Part shown: piece by piece, positions 37,913 through 48,437 of the stretch
How the letters are laid out: the number at the start of each line of letters is the position of its first letter
How positions within the stretch are numbered: position 1 is the first letter of the stretch
Program-made: the position numbers and the translations under genes
The notes under the pieces: model-generated
Told to the model about the DNA's origin: nothing
The model's database searches: none
The model's input: only the letters and a program-made list of their open reading frames with translations
Sequence record: PZ386947.1
Length of the DNA stretch: 64,000 bases
Reading direction: 5' to 3' (one strand)
Origin: a phage

Positions 37913-38563
37913 TTATATATTGTTAATTTGATTTAGAATTCTTTTTGCTTGAGTATGACTTACGCCAATATGCTTAGCATATTTAGACAATTCGCCACGT
38001 TTAGAAAAATCATATAATTTAGAAATTTCTATTCTTCTTTTTCTTTCATCCGCAGAAACTTTTGCTTCGTTTGCTTTTGCTATTTTACGTTTAGCTTCTT
38101 GAGAATGAGTTTTACCAGCAAAGCCATTCTTCATTAATCCATTTGAAGACCATCCTTTTAATTTTCCGTTAGAATGTGCCTTTTTAACACCCAATGAAAT
38201 TAATTCGCGTTGCTGATCTGTCATAGGATAATTATTTATATGATCCCATCCACCTTCACCTCCAAGTTTTAAATTATACACATCTGGTCTATTTAAAAAC
38301 TCTTCTGTGACAATATTTTTCTCGGCTTCAAGCATAGATTCTTTATCGTCAAAATACTCTAATATTTCTTTAGAAAAATTTTCTATACCATATTTATCTT
38401 GGGCTCTTTTTAATAATTTACCAGAACCCATATATCCATCATCTAAATTTTCGGTAGAATGCACACCAATATAAATTTTATTATTAATTTTATTTGTTAT
38501 TTTATAAAGATAAAAATGCATATCAGTCCCTAATAAAGAACTGAGCGTCTCACGACGAGTCAT
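37913..38563 (-). CDS. GIY-YIG homing endonuclease (Seg-like) inside the tRNA cluster
   Basis: 216 aa; GIY-YIG core YLYKITNKINNKIYIGVHS...GYMGSGKLL; C-terminal HTH-like region; wedged between tRNA-Gly and tRNA-Ser. Confidence 0.8.
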   Translation of the reverse strand: MTRRETLSSLLGTDMHFYLYKITNKINNKIYIGVHSTENLDDGYMGSGKLLKRAQDKYGIENFSKEILEYFDDKESMLEAEKNIVTEEFLNRPDVYNLKLGGEGGWDHINNYPMTDQQRELISLGVKKAHSNGKLKGWSSNGLMKNGFAGKTHSQEAKRKIAKANEAKVSADERKRRIEISKLYDFSKRGELSKYAKHIGVSHTQAKRILNQINNI

Positions 38564-38567
38564 AAAT

Positions 38568-38641
<74 letters not shown>

Positions 38642-38646
38642 AAATT

Positions 38647-38733
38647 TGGTGCGAGAAGTGGGACTCGAACCCACAAGGAAATCATTCCGCAGCATTTTAA
38701 GTGCTGTGCCTTTACCAATTTGACCATTCTCGC
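38647..38733 (-). tRNA. tRNA-Leu (anticodon UAA), long variable arm
   Basis: matches recalled T4 tRNA-Leu (GCGAGAATGGTCAAATTGG...CTTAAAA...GGTTCGAGTCC...TCGCACCA). Confidence 0.9.
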
Positions 38734-38739
38734 GCTATA

Positions 38740-39372
38740 TTATTTATTACGTGAAAAAGACTGTTCTATCAATTCTGGACACTTTCGTTCTATCCATTTT
38801 CTAGCTTTTTGTGGGCTTATACCTATTATTTTAGCAGCTTTACTAACCCATCCAAATTTAGAATAATCGATTTTAACTAATTCTTCGTAAATTTCATCAG
38901 TTAAAATCTTTTCATTAATATTTACCAGTAAATGATATAATTTATTATCATTAGCAATTTTAATGAATCTTTTATAGTTTCCGCCTTTACTTAAACCTAA
39001 TGAAGTAATTGCAGATGATATAGTAGCCGAATTTAATAGTGCGTTTAAAATTTCTTCATCACTAACATTATAACGCTTTTTATTATTTTTAATATTTTTA
39101 CCAGCAAAAGTATCAGTTTGCGAATGGCAGTTTGGACATAATAATCTTAAATTTGATTTAAGATGATTTTTGTTATTTCCATCAATATGGTCTAATTGCA
39201 GAACAATATGCTTATTTTGCCATTTTGAAATTTTACAAATTGCACACTCATATGGAAAAATATTTTCTTTTATTATTTTGTCTTTCAGCTTTCCTGTACT
39301 AAAATTTGGATGTTTTCCTTCAAAAATTTCAGCTAATTTAGTATCCATAATATGATTCCCAATTATTAACAA
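38740..39372 (-). CDS. HNH homing endonuclease abutting tRNA-Leu
   Basis: 210 aa; CAIC...LQLDHIDGNNKNH...LRLLCPNCH HNH/zinc-finger core; C-terminal HTH-like segment; stop 7 nt from the tRNA-Leu 5' end. Confidence 0.75.
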   Translation of the reverse strand: MLIIGNHIMDTKLAEIFEGKHPNFSTGKLKDKIIKENIFPYECAICKISKWQNKHIVLQLDHIDGNNKNHLKSNLRLLCPNCHSQTDTFAGKNIKNNKKRYNVSDEEILNALLNSATISSAITSLGLSKGGNYKRFIKIANDNKLYHLLVNINEKILTDEIYEELVKIDYSKFGWVSKAAKIIGISPQKARKWIERKCPELIEQSFSRNK

Positions 39373-39447
39373 AGGCTCTCTAACAAGAACCCTTGATGAT
39401 AGAGGGTATTAATCAGTGCGGTATGAGTTAATAATAACAAATAATTC

Positions 39448-39963
39448 TTAAAGCAAATTAAACATTTTAACGGTCGGCAAAACAATTTCTTTTTCTATAT
39501 AAGAGTATTTAACACTCTCAACTACACGCAAAAAATCATAATCATAATACTCAGAAGCATTACCTAAAATATTAATAAGTCCTTCAAGCACTTTATTACC
39601 ATTCACAAAGAATAAGTCAAATACGCGTTCTTCGTCTTCTTCGGATTTATTACCAAGGTCAACTTCTATATCAAAGACCTTTTTAATGAATTCTGGATAA
39701 AGTTGTTCTGAGAACAGTCCTTCAACCAAGTATTCATAAATAAAAAGCGATTGCTCGCTGAACAAGCCATTACCACAATAACGTTCAGCTTTAGTACTAG
39801 AATGTCTACTTTTAAACTTCTTTAAAAGATATTGAAATTGTAAGATTTCATGCTCTTCTACGCCAAACAGTGTTTTAGTTTTATAGTTGTCACCATCATT
39901 TTCCCAGGTAGTGACATCAATTACGTAACCCTGTGGAATTGTAGTACCTAAACAAATATTCAT
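39448..39963 (-). CDS. hypothetical protein (171 aa)
   Basis: ORF track; internal GLFSEQ repeat. Confidence 0.5.
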   Translation of the reverse strand: MNICLGTTIPQGYVIDVTTWENDGDNYKTKTLFGVEEHEILQFQYLLKKFKSRHSSTKAERYCGNGLFSEQSLFIYEYLVEGLFSEQLYPEFIKKVFDIEVDLGNKSEEDEERVFDLFFVNGNKVLEGLINILGNASEYYDYDFLRVVESVKYSYIEKEIVLPTVKMFNLL

Positions 39964-40253
39964 TTGCTCACCATATTAATGTAAGTATATTCAATACATT
40001 CAAGACCCAAAGGATTCTTGAAAATATCATATTCAAGAGGACCTTTTTCTGTTTCAATAAAGAAATCAAAATTTACTGTATTAAATTTACGGTCTTCCTT
40101 CACTAATTTAACCTGAGAAGATGAACGGTCAATGTAAACCTTTTCAACTTCAAAACATGTTAAAACGCCATAATCATCAATCAAGGCTTTAGCCGCGTCT
40201 TGATCATATTTATATCCATTTTCAATTGACGATACTTTAGCATAAAGAATCAT
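39960..40253 (-). CDS. hypothetical protein (97 aa)
   Basis: ORF track. Confidence 0.5.
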   Translation of the reverse strand: MILYAKVSSIENGYKYDQDAAKALIDDYGVLTCFEVEKVYIDRSSSQVKLVKEDRKFNTVNFDFFIETEKGPLEYDIFKNPLGLECIEYTYINMVSK

Positions 40254-40255
40254 TA

Positions 40256-40675
40256 TCAGCCTTCATCAACAATAGTATGAGTGTGGGCATTTACAATTTG
40301 CCACCAATCAAAGCGATTAGAACCACACATCGGTTTGTTTTCATTTTCTTTGATAATATCACGAAGTTCATCTTCGGTAGCGGCTTTCGCGATTAAATCA
40401 GCATATCCACCGCGAGGATAATAATTATCACCTGCAAAAAGTAAAAAGTTCGGTTTAATATTATTGAACTCTTCAAGAGTAATAACTTTTCCTGTCGGTT
40501 GAACAATCTCTACATATTTATATCCTAATTTTTGAGCAGCATCTACTGCTTCAAGCAAAGTATCATGAGCCCATCCAATTTGACAACCTGGCTTTTCAGA
40601 TGGATTAGCCTGATAATCCGCGTACACTTTATACATTCTATTCACCTTTAGAAATTTTATCCATAACGATAGCAA
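40256..40675 (-). CDS. hypothetical protein (139 aa or shorter)
   Basis: ORF track; start may be the internal ATG MYKVYADY. Confidence 0.5.
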   Translation of the reverse strand: MLSLWIKFLKVNRMYKVYADYQANPSEKPGCQIGWAHDTLLEAVDAAQKLGYKYVEIVQPTGKVITLEEFNNIKPNFLLFAGDNYYPRGGYADLIAKAATEDELRDIIKENENKPMCGSNRFDWWQIVNAHTHTIVDEG

Positions 40676-40823
40676 TTAAACCAATTAAAAATGCTACTAC
40701 AAGTGAAAAAACATTTTCTGCTGTAGTTAATAATCCGCATATAAATCCAACAAACATTGAAAAACTAAAAGCAGAAGCAGAAATTGCAATAGCAACATTT
40801 CGAATTAATTCACAACGTTTCAT
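40638..40823 (-). CDS. small membrane protein
   Basis: ORF track 40638-40892 trimmed to MKRCELIRN...; hydrophobic; upstream part is a translated promoter. Confidence 0.4.
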   Translation of the reverse strand: MKRCELIRNVAIAISASAFSFSMFVGFICGLLTTAENVFSLVVAFLIGLIAIVMDKISKGE

Positions 40824-40849
40824 TTTATTCTCCTCAGTAGCTGATAGGG

Positions 40850-40882
40850 TAATAGTATCACTACTAAAACCCAATGTAAACA
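40850..40882 (-). promoter_or_regulatory. early promoter, copy 1 of a 4-copy repeat module
   Basis: minus strand GTTTACattgggttttagtagtgaTACTATtaccctatcag. Confidence 0.55.
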
Positions 40883-40884
40883 AT

Positions 40885-41109
40885 TTATTCAACGCCAGCG
40901 GCTTTCAAAAGTTTCTTAAGATTGGCAACACCTTGAGCAGAAAATGTGACCTTGCCACCTTTTTCACTGATAGAACCAACCAATTTAGCAAGTTTATCAT
41001 TAGGAATTTTTTTAAAATCAGCCAATGTTCCATCAAAGGTTTTTGAAACAAAAGGCAGTTCGTCTTCGCGTCTTTTAGCTTCTACAATAAATTCTTGATA
41101 TGTTTTCAT
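40885..41109 (-). CDS. candidate head internal protein (CTS-bearing)
   Basis: begins MKTYQEFIVEA, matching the T4 internal-protein capsid-targeting sequence; GGAAA SD; own promoter copy upstream. Confidence 0.6.
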   Translation of the reverse strand: MKTYQEFIVEAKRREDELPFVSKTFDGTLADFKKIPNDKLAKLVGSISEKGGKVTFSAQGVANLKKLLKAAGVE

Positions 41110-41143
41110 TTTAGTTTCCATTTGAGTGTTTGTTTTGATAGGG

Positions 41144-41176
41144 TAATAGTATCACTACTAAAACCCAATGTAAACA
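41144..41176 (-). promoter_or_regulatory. early promoter, copy 2 of repeat module
   Basis: minus strand GTTTACattgggttttagtagtgaTACTATtaccctatcaaaac. Confidence 0.6.
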
Positions 41177-41193
41177 ACTTTGTGAAAAATTTA

Positions 41194-41481
41194 TTACAAA
41201 AGATTTTTAGCAATAATCTTGAGATGTGCCGCAGAAATGTGTTTAGCTTTAAACAACGCAGTTTCTTCAGCAGGAGAGATAACGATTGTAGCACCATCCT
41301 TTTTAGCAGACCACCCATCGCCTAGGTAAACAGTACCTTTGATTTCTTCGCCATCAACCAGACTAATCATTGGTTTACCTTCTCGTCCTTTATTTGCTTT
41401 AATAACTTCAGAAGTAAGAGTAGCTTCGGTAATAGTAGAAACCGGGGTAGTTGTAGAAGTAAATTCTTTGAAAGTTTTCAT
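41194..41481 (-). CDS. candidate head internal protein (CTS-like N-terminus)
   Basis: 95 aa; begins MKTFKEFTSTTTPVSTITE; GGAAA SD; own promoter copy upstream. Confidence 0.55.
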   Translation of the reverse strand: MKTFKEFTSTTTPVSTITEATLTSEVIKANKGREGKPMISLVDGEEIKGTVYLGDGWSAKKDGATIVISPAEETALFKAKHISAAHLKIIAKNLL

Positions 41482-41509
41482 TTTATTTTCCTAATTAATT
41501 TTGATAGGG

Positions 41510-41542
41510 TAATAGTATCACAACTAAAACCCTATGTAAACA
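41510..41542 (-). promoter_or_regulatory. early promoter, copy 3 of repeat module
   Basis: minus strand GTTTACatagggttttagttgtgaTACTATtaccctatcaa. Confidence 0.6.
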
Positions 41543-41553
41543 ACTTTGTGAAA

Positions 41554-41811
41554 TTATTTTAAATCTTCTAATCGTTTCTTCATCTTAGAACCGTTCTTAG
41601 CGATTTCGCCTGCATCAGAGCATAATGCTAAAAGCGCTTTAACTTTAGTTTGGTCTCCTTTAAAAGATGAAGGATCAACAGCAGCAGCAAGTTCTTTAAT
41701 ACGAGAGAAAAGACGCTCAGCTTCAGCTAAAGCCATTCCAAGCTTTACTTCCATACCGCGGGAAGATTCAGTAATAGTAGTTTTTGTAGCAAACTCTTTG
41801 AAAGTTTTCAT
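41554..41811 (-). CDS. candidate head internal protein (CTS-like N-terminus)
   Basis: 85 aa; begins MKTFKEFATKTTITE; own promoter copy upstream. Confidence 0.55.
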   Translation of the reverse strand: MKTFKEFATKTTITESSRGMEVKLGMALAEAERLFSRIKELAAAVDPSSFKGDQTKVKALLALCSDAGEIAKNGSKMKKRLEDLK

Positions 41812-41839
41812 TTTATTTTCCTAATTAATTTTGATGAGG

Positions 41840-41872
41840 TAATAGTATCACTACCTCATCAGTATGTAAACA
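41840..41872 (-). promoter_or_regulatory. early promoter, copy 4 of repeat module
   Basis: minus strand GTTTACatactgatgaggtagtgaTACTATtacctcatcaa. Confidence 0.6.
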
Positions 41873-41883
41873 ACTTTGTGAAA

Positions 41884-42568
<685 letters not shown>

Positions 42569-42569
<1 letters not shown>

Positions 42570-43294
42570 TATAGTACCTTTAGTGTATTTTTAATTTTAG
42601 AAAAAAGTTCTTCAAGAGAACCATCGTTTGTAATTACTAAATCGCCATCACGAATTGGCAATCCAGCTTCTGTAATATGTGTATCATTGGATTTTTGACC
42701 AGGACGAACTACATGAATTACTGTAGCACCCATCGCCCTAGCCGCATCCATTTCATGATCTTGACGGGTATCAGGAACGATATAATAATCATAACCTGAG
42801 TTAAATTTATCAAGATAATCTAAAGCAAATAATTTTACCCAGTACATGCGGTCGAAGTTATTAACAATCAAATCCGTACCTAGGGCTTGCATCAGACGAC
42901 GGACTGACCATTGATCTTCAATATTATTTATAACGTCAATAATCTTGTTAAATGCTACGGAATTAACTGATTCTTGTCCTTCGTCATCAAAAACAAACAC
43001 ACCCTTAATTGGGCTTTTACCGTTAAGATAGCAAAATGCTTGTTCCATAATCGTGATTACTTCTGATTTAGTCAGATTTAAATTAGTCTCACGATCATAG
43101 TCAATTCCTTCAAACTCTTTACGAGTTAAGCAAGGATAGTCAGTGTTTGCTGCAAATACTCCCCATGCATAAGCCAATGCATCCTTAATAGGACCAGCAA
43201 GTTGGTATTTAACTGCAGAATAATTGCTCATGATAAAATCAGCAGTAGTATCTTTTCCACTACGCTTTACACCGCTTAAAAAGATTAGTTTCAT
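42569..43294 (-). CDS. 1: deoxynucleoside monophosphate kinase
   Basis: 241 aa from ATG MKLIFLSGVKRSGKDTTADF...; matches recalled T4 gp1 and length. Confidence 0.9.
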
Positions 43295-43343
43295 GTGTTT
43301 CTCCTCAAATTTAATTAAGATTATAACACACAAAACTGAAGCA

Positions 43344-43874
43344 TTAAACTTCTGCTATAATTTTACCATCTTTTTCTACTTGAAAATACGTATAAGGAAT
43401 CGTAGCTGTACATACTAAAGCCGGGTCTGAATCTTCTGTGTAGCTAAATTCTACTTCAGATAGGTCAGAAACCCAAGGCTTATAAAAATTTATTGACATC
43501 ACGATTTCAGTTTTGCTATTATCTAAGATGTAAAGCGTAATGTACTCAGGACCTGTTTTTTGGGCAGTATTTTCACCTGTAAGATAGTTGCTAGTTCCTA
43601 GCATCCATTCATACATTCCTATCCACGACTTAAGTTCTTCATCAACTATAAATCTCACAATGAGTGGATCATACTCAAATGTAACACCTGGACGTTGTGC
43701 TCTACCCAGTCCAAACGGCCCAGTCACGGTATCAGTAACAGGTATTCTAATTCCTGGAATAGGAACTGACTGAGCATTTAAAGTAAAAGCAGATGTAGTA
43801 TTACTATGTGGTATTGATACTACAAAGTTAGTTGTATTTGCTTGGTTAAAAATTTGTTGCAGAGCTTGCGACAT
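43344..43874 (-). CDS. 3: tail completion / sheath stabilizer protein gp3
   Basis: 176 aa from ATG MSQALQQIFNQANTTNF... (GAGGAA SD); matches T4 gp3 length and N-terminus. Confidence 0.85.
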   Translation of the reverse strand: MSQALQQIFNQANTTNFVVSIPHSNTTSAFTLNAQSVPIPGIRIPVTDTVTGPFGLGRAQRPGVTFEYDPLIVRFIVDEELKSWIGMYEWMLGTSNYLTGENTAQKTGPEYITLYILDNSKTEIVMSINFYKPWVSDLSEVEFSYTEDSDPALVCTATIPYTYFQVEKDGKIIAEV

Positions 43875-43980
43875 ATATTCCTCATAATGCTTTATAACTG
43901 TTGGTGGTATAATGGGTCTAAGTCCCTTCCATTCAATTCCATTTAGAACAAACAACAGAAAAGAATGGAAGATAATAGAA

Positions 43981-44805
43981 TTAGATATTTGACCAGACTT
44001 TGTTTGCAGAGAAACGTTTTCCTTTTGAAACGAACTGCTGAAGTGGCATCAACACAACGTTCGCCCAGTCTTTCGGGGCGATTTCAACAAGGCTACCCAT
44101 AATATTACCAGGTATATATGCCTTAATCATTTGGTCTGCACCCCTAAATCCTTTCACTTGACTCCAATCAATTTTTAATTTCGTTTTATTAGTAATAGTA
44201 GGTGTATTTGCATATTGCTTTAAAAGCTCTTCTAGGAATTGCTGACGAGCTTTAGGTGGAATATAGTGCAAGTTTAATCCGTACATTAAATTATGCTTAC
44301 CTAAACCAAGGTAAATTATCAAAGGAAATTTATCCCAGTAAGGAAGAGTTTCCTTGTGTTTAGCATCATAAGCAAAAGCATATATTCGTCCCGGCTGCGG
44401 GCGAACAACTTTATGTCCTTTTACTTGCTTAATAGTTTCAGCAAACCATTTTCTGGTTTTATTATTAATTGCTGCACCTTCATTACGAATTTTATCACGC
44501 AATGTTTGTCTGAATGAATTTATCATAAGCAGTTGTCTTTCTTGCTTATTGAGCTTATTCATTGGTTTTGATTCAAGCTTTTGAATCTTTTCAGCCGTTT
44601 TAATTCCTGAAGCATATTTTGACATTGCCGAAGTAAACGTAGAGTATTTGATTCCTCTTTCTTCAGCAAATTGCTTTCCTGTCATTCCTTTTGCTTTGGC
44701 CTTTTTATATTCAAGACCTATCTGAATCCATTTCTTTTCGTTTAATGATTGCTTAACCTTTGGAACTTGGGGAGTGCTTTCATTAATTATTTGAAAAATA
44801 GCCAT
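43981..44805 (-). CDS. 2: DNA end protector protein gp2
   Basis: 274 aa, equal to T4 gp2; position between genes 4 and 3. Confidence 0.8.
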
Positions 44806-45257
44806 TATGCCCCCTTAAAGCCAAGAGCTCGTAATCCATCTTCTGTTAAAATTCTAAATTTTATTCCACGCTTTTCAGCTAAAGATTGTGCTGCTTTCCA
44901 TTTGTCGGTGTTAACAGACCAGGTATAAATTTCATTCATAAATCTTTTCTTCGCTGCGGTTGTTAGATGCGCCGGTTTAACTGGTGGTTGTGTTTCTTTT
45001 TTAGGTTTTATTTCAATAAAAAATTCTTGTCCAGAAGAATCTTTCATCCAAATATCCATGAAGTATCTACGTTTTTTCCCTTCTGCATTACAAAAATAAG
45101 GAATTACTGCTGTTTCACTACCCCATGCAATAATTTCTGGATTTTTATCTAACCATTCAAAAAAGAATTTTTCCCAATTTGATCTATACGTAATTTTTTT
45201 AGGGTCACCTCTATACTTTGATATATTTTTAGGAACCCATTTTCCAGAATATGCCAT
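44805..45257 (-). CDS. 4: head completion protein gp4
   Basis: 150 aa, equal to T4 gp4; late promoter upstream. Confidence 0.8.
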
Positions 45258-45268
45258 TGGATTCTCCT

Positions 45269-45276
45269 TATAAATA
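45269..45276 (+). promoter_or_regulatory. late promoter TATAAATA for gene 53
   Basis: TATAAATA 28 nt upstream of the gene 53 ATG. Confidence 0.6.
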
Positions 45277-45283
45277 GATAATA

Positions 45284-45291
45284 TATTTATA
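45284..45291 (-). promoter_or_regulatory. late promoter TATAAATA for gene 4 (divergent)
   Basis: minus strand TATAAATA 26 nt upstream of the gene 4 ATG. Confidence 0.55.
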
Positions 45292-45304
45292 AACAGGAGG
45301 GCCC

Positions 45305-45895
45305 ATGCTCTTTACATTTTTTGATCCGATTGAATATGCGGCCAAAACGGTGAATAAAAACGCGCCGACTATTCCTATGACAGATATTTTTAGAAACTAT
45401 AAAGACTATTTTAAACGCGCTCTTGCGGGATACCGCTTACGTACTTATTATATCAAAGGTTCACCACGCCCGGAAGAATTAGCAAATACTATATATGGAA
45501 ATCCACAGTTGTATTGGGTTTTATTGATGTGTAATGATAATTATGACCCGTATTATGGATGGATTACTTCACAAGAAGCAGCTTATCAAGCATCTATACA
45601 AAAATACAAAAATGTAGGTGGAGACCAAATAGTATATCATGTGAATGAGAACGGTGAAAAATTTTATAATTTAATATCATACGATGATAATCCATATGTT
45701 TGGTATGATAAAGGCGATAAAGCTAGAAAATATCCTCAATATGAAGGAGCACTTGCTGCGGTCGATACGTATGAAGCTGCTGTTCTTGAAAATGAAAAAC
45801 TTCGTCAAATAAAAATAATAGCAAAATCAGACATCAATTCATTTATGAACGACCTTATACGTATAATGGAGAAATCTTATGGAAATGATAAGTAA
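45305..45895 (+). CDS. 53: baseplate wedge protein gp53
   Basis: 196 aa, matches T4 gp53 length and position before gene 5. Confidence 0.85.
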   Translation: MLFTFFDPIEYAAKTVNKNAPTIPMTDIFRNYKDYFKRALAGYRLRTYYIKGSPRPEELANTIYGNPQLYWVLLMCNDNYDPYYGWITSQEAAYQASIQKYKNVGGDQIVYHVNENGEKFYNLISYDDNPYVWYDKGDKARKYPQYEGALAAVDTYEAAVLENEKLRQIKIIAKSDINSFMNDLIRIMEKSYGNDK

Positions 45896-47606
45896 TAACC
45901 TTAATTGGTTTGTTGGTGTTGTTGAAGATAGAATGGACCCATTAAAATTAGGTCGTGTTCGTGTTCGTGTGGTTGGTCTGCATCCACCTCAAAGAGCACA
46001 AGGCGATGTAATGGGTATTCCAACTGAAAAATTACCATGGATGTCAGTTATTCAACCTATAACTTCTGCAGCAATGTCTGGAATTGGAGGTTCTGTTACT
46101 GGTCCGGTAGAAGGAACTAGAGTCTATGGTCATTTTTTAGACAAATGGAAAACTAACGGAATTGTCCTTGGCACGTATGGTGGAATAGTTCGCGAAAAAC
46201 CTAATAGACTTGAAGGATTTTCTGATCCGACTGGACAGTATCCTAGACGTCTAGGAAATGATACTAACGTATTAAACCAAGGCGGAGAAGTAGGATATGA
46301 TTCGTCTTCTAATATTATCCAAGATAGCAATCTAGACACTGCGATAAATCCTGATGATAGACCACTATCAGAGATTCCAACTGATGATAATCCAAATATG
46401 TCAATGGCTGAAATGCTTCGCCGCGATGAAGGATTAAGACTAAAAGTTTATTGGGATACTGAAGGATATCCGACAATTGGTATTGGTCATCTTATCATGA
46501 AGCAGCCAGTTCGTGATATGACTCAAATTAATAAAGTTTTATCAAAACAGGTTGGTCGTGAAATTACCGGAAATCCAGGTTCTATTACAATGGAAGAAGC
46601 GGTAACTTTATTTGAACGTGATTTGGCTGATATGCAAAGGGATATTAAATCACATTCTAAAGTAGGACCAGTCTGGCAAGCTGTCAACCGTTCTCGTCAA
46701 ATGGCATTAGAAAATATGGCGTTTCAGATGGGTGTTGGCGGTGTAGCTAAATTTAACACAATGTTAACTGCTATGTTAGCCGGAGATTGGGAAAAAGCAT
46801 ATAAAGCCGGTCGTGATTCATTGTGGTATCAACAAACAAAAGGCCGTGCATCCCGTGTTACCATGATTATTCTTACGGGGAATTTGGAATCATATGGTGT
46901 TGAAGTGAAAACCCCAGCTAGGTCTCTATCAGCAATGGCTGCTACTGTAGCTAAATCTTCTGACCCGGCTGACCCTCCTATTCCAAATGACTCGAGAATT
47001 TTATTCAAAGAACCAGTTTCTTCATATAAAGGTGAATATCCTTATGTGCATACAATGGAAACTGAAAGCGGACATATTCAGGAATTTGATGATACTCCTG
47101 GGCAAGAACGATACAGATTAGTTCATCCGACTGGAACTTATGAAGAAGTATCACCGTCAGGAAGAAGAACAAGAAAAACTGTCGATAATTTGTATGATAT
47201 AACCAACGCTGATGGTAATTTTTTGATAGCCGGTGATAAAAAGACTAACGTCGGTGGATCAGAAATTTATTACAACATGGATAATCGTCTTCACCAAATA
47301 GATGGAAGCAATACAATATTTGTACGTGGCGATGAAACTAAGACGGTTGAAGGTAATGGAACTATCCTAGTTAAAGGTAATGTTACTATTGTAGTTGAAG
47401 GTAATGCTGACATCACAGTTAAAGGAGATGCTACCACTTTAGTTGAAGGTAATCAAACTAATACAGTAAATGGAAATCTTTCTTGGAAAGTTGCTGGGAC
47501 AGTTGATTGGGACGTTGGTGGTGATTGGACAGAAAAAATGGCATCTATGAGTTCTATTTCATCCGGTCAATACACAATTGATGGATCGAGGATTGACATT
47601 GGCTAA
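45879..47606 (+). CDS. 5: baseplate hub / cell-puncturing device with lysozyme domain gp5
   Basis: 575 aa; internal lysozyme domain (MAEMLRRDEGLRLKVYWDTEGYPTIGIGHL) paralogous to e; C-terminal VxGxxxV beta-helix repeats. Confidence 0.93.
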   Translation: MEMISNNLNWFVGVVEDRMDPLKLGRVRVRVVGLHPPQRAQGDVMGIPTEKLPWMSVIQPITSAAMSGIGGSVTGPVEGTRVYGHFLDKWKTNGIVLGTYGGIVREKPNRLEGFSDPTGQYPRRLGNDTNVLNQGGEVGYDSSSNIIQDSNLDTAINPDDRPLSEIPTDDNPNMSMAEMLRRDEGLRLKVYWDTEGYPTIGIGHLIMKQPVRDMTQINKVLSKQVGREITGNPGSITMEEAVTLFERDLADMQRDIKSHSKVGPVWQAVNRSRQMALENMAFQMGVGGVAKFNTMLTAMLAGDWEKAYKAGRDSLWYQQTKGRASRVTMIILTGNLESYGVEVKTPARSLSAMAATVAKSSDPADPPIPNDSRILFKEPVSSYKGEYPYVHTMETESGHIQEFDDTPGQERYRLVHPTGTYEEVSPSGRRTRKTVDNLYDITNADGNFLIAGDKKTNVGGSEIYYNMDNRLHQIDGSNTIFVRGDETKTVEGNGTILVKGNVTIVVEGNADITVKGDATTLVEGNQTNTVNGNLSWKVAGTVDWDVGGDWTEKMASMSSISSGQYTIDGSRIDIG

Positions 47607-47640
47607 TATACTTCCAATGAGCGCTGATTTAGGAGAATCC

Positions 47641-48135
47641 ATGGAAGGTTCTTCTATCGACGTCACCTTTACCGCTCAATTAGAAACAGGTGAAACGTTA
47701 GTATCTATAAATATAACTAGTTACGAAGAAACTCCTGGGGTTTTAGTAGAAGAAAATCGCTTATATGGAACATATGAATCTGTGTTTGGATTTGGAAATG
47801 ACGCGTTGAAATATCGTTTAGGCGATGAATTTAAAACTGCTGCTTCATGGGAAGAACTTCCTACTGATTCTGATACTCAGTTGTATTTGTGGAAAGCTCC
47901 TCAAAATCTCCAGAAGACATTCACTTACGAAGTAACATTAATATATGACTACCAAGAACAAAGTGAATCTGGAGGTTCTGGCAGTAATTCTAGGTCATCT
48001 TCTGATACTACTGAACCGACGGATCCTCCTGCTCCAGTAAGAAAAACTCTCGTTAAAAATTATACTAAAACTATAGTTGGAAATTGGAGTCGTTGGGCTA
48101 ATAAATTAAGAAGCTATGTGTATGAGAGGTCATAG
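47641..48135 (+). CDS. 5.1: gp5.1-like protein
   Basis: ORF track 47578-48135 trimmed to ATG MEGSS preceded by GGAG; Ser-rich segment. Confidence 0.55.
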
Positions 48136-48429
48136 ATGTCAGGATTAAGTTATGATAAATGTGTTACTGCTGGTCATGAAGCATGGCCTCCAACAGTTGT
48201 GAATGCTACACAAAGTAAAGTATTCACTGGAGGAATTGCTGTTCTCGTAGCAGGTGATCCAATTACAGAACATACAGAAATTAAAAAGCCATATGAAACA
48301 CATGGCGGAGTGACACAACCCAGAACTTCTAAGGTATATGTCACTGGAAAGAAAGCTGTTCAAATGGCTGATCCAATATCATGCGGTGATACTGTGGCTC
48401 AGGCATCATCTAAAGTATTCATTAAATAG
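48136..48429 (+). CDS. 5.4: spike-tip protein gp5.4 (PAAR-like)
   Basis: 97 aa, equal to T4 gp5.4; position after gene 5/5.1. Confidence 0.8.
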
Positions 48430-48437
48430 GATTTAAA

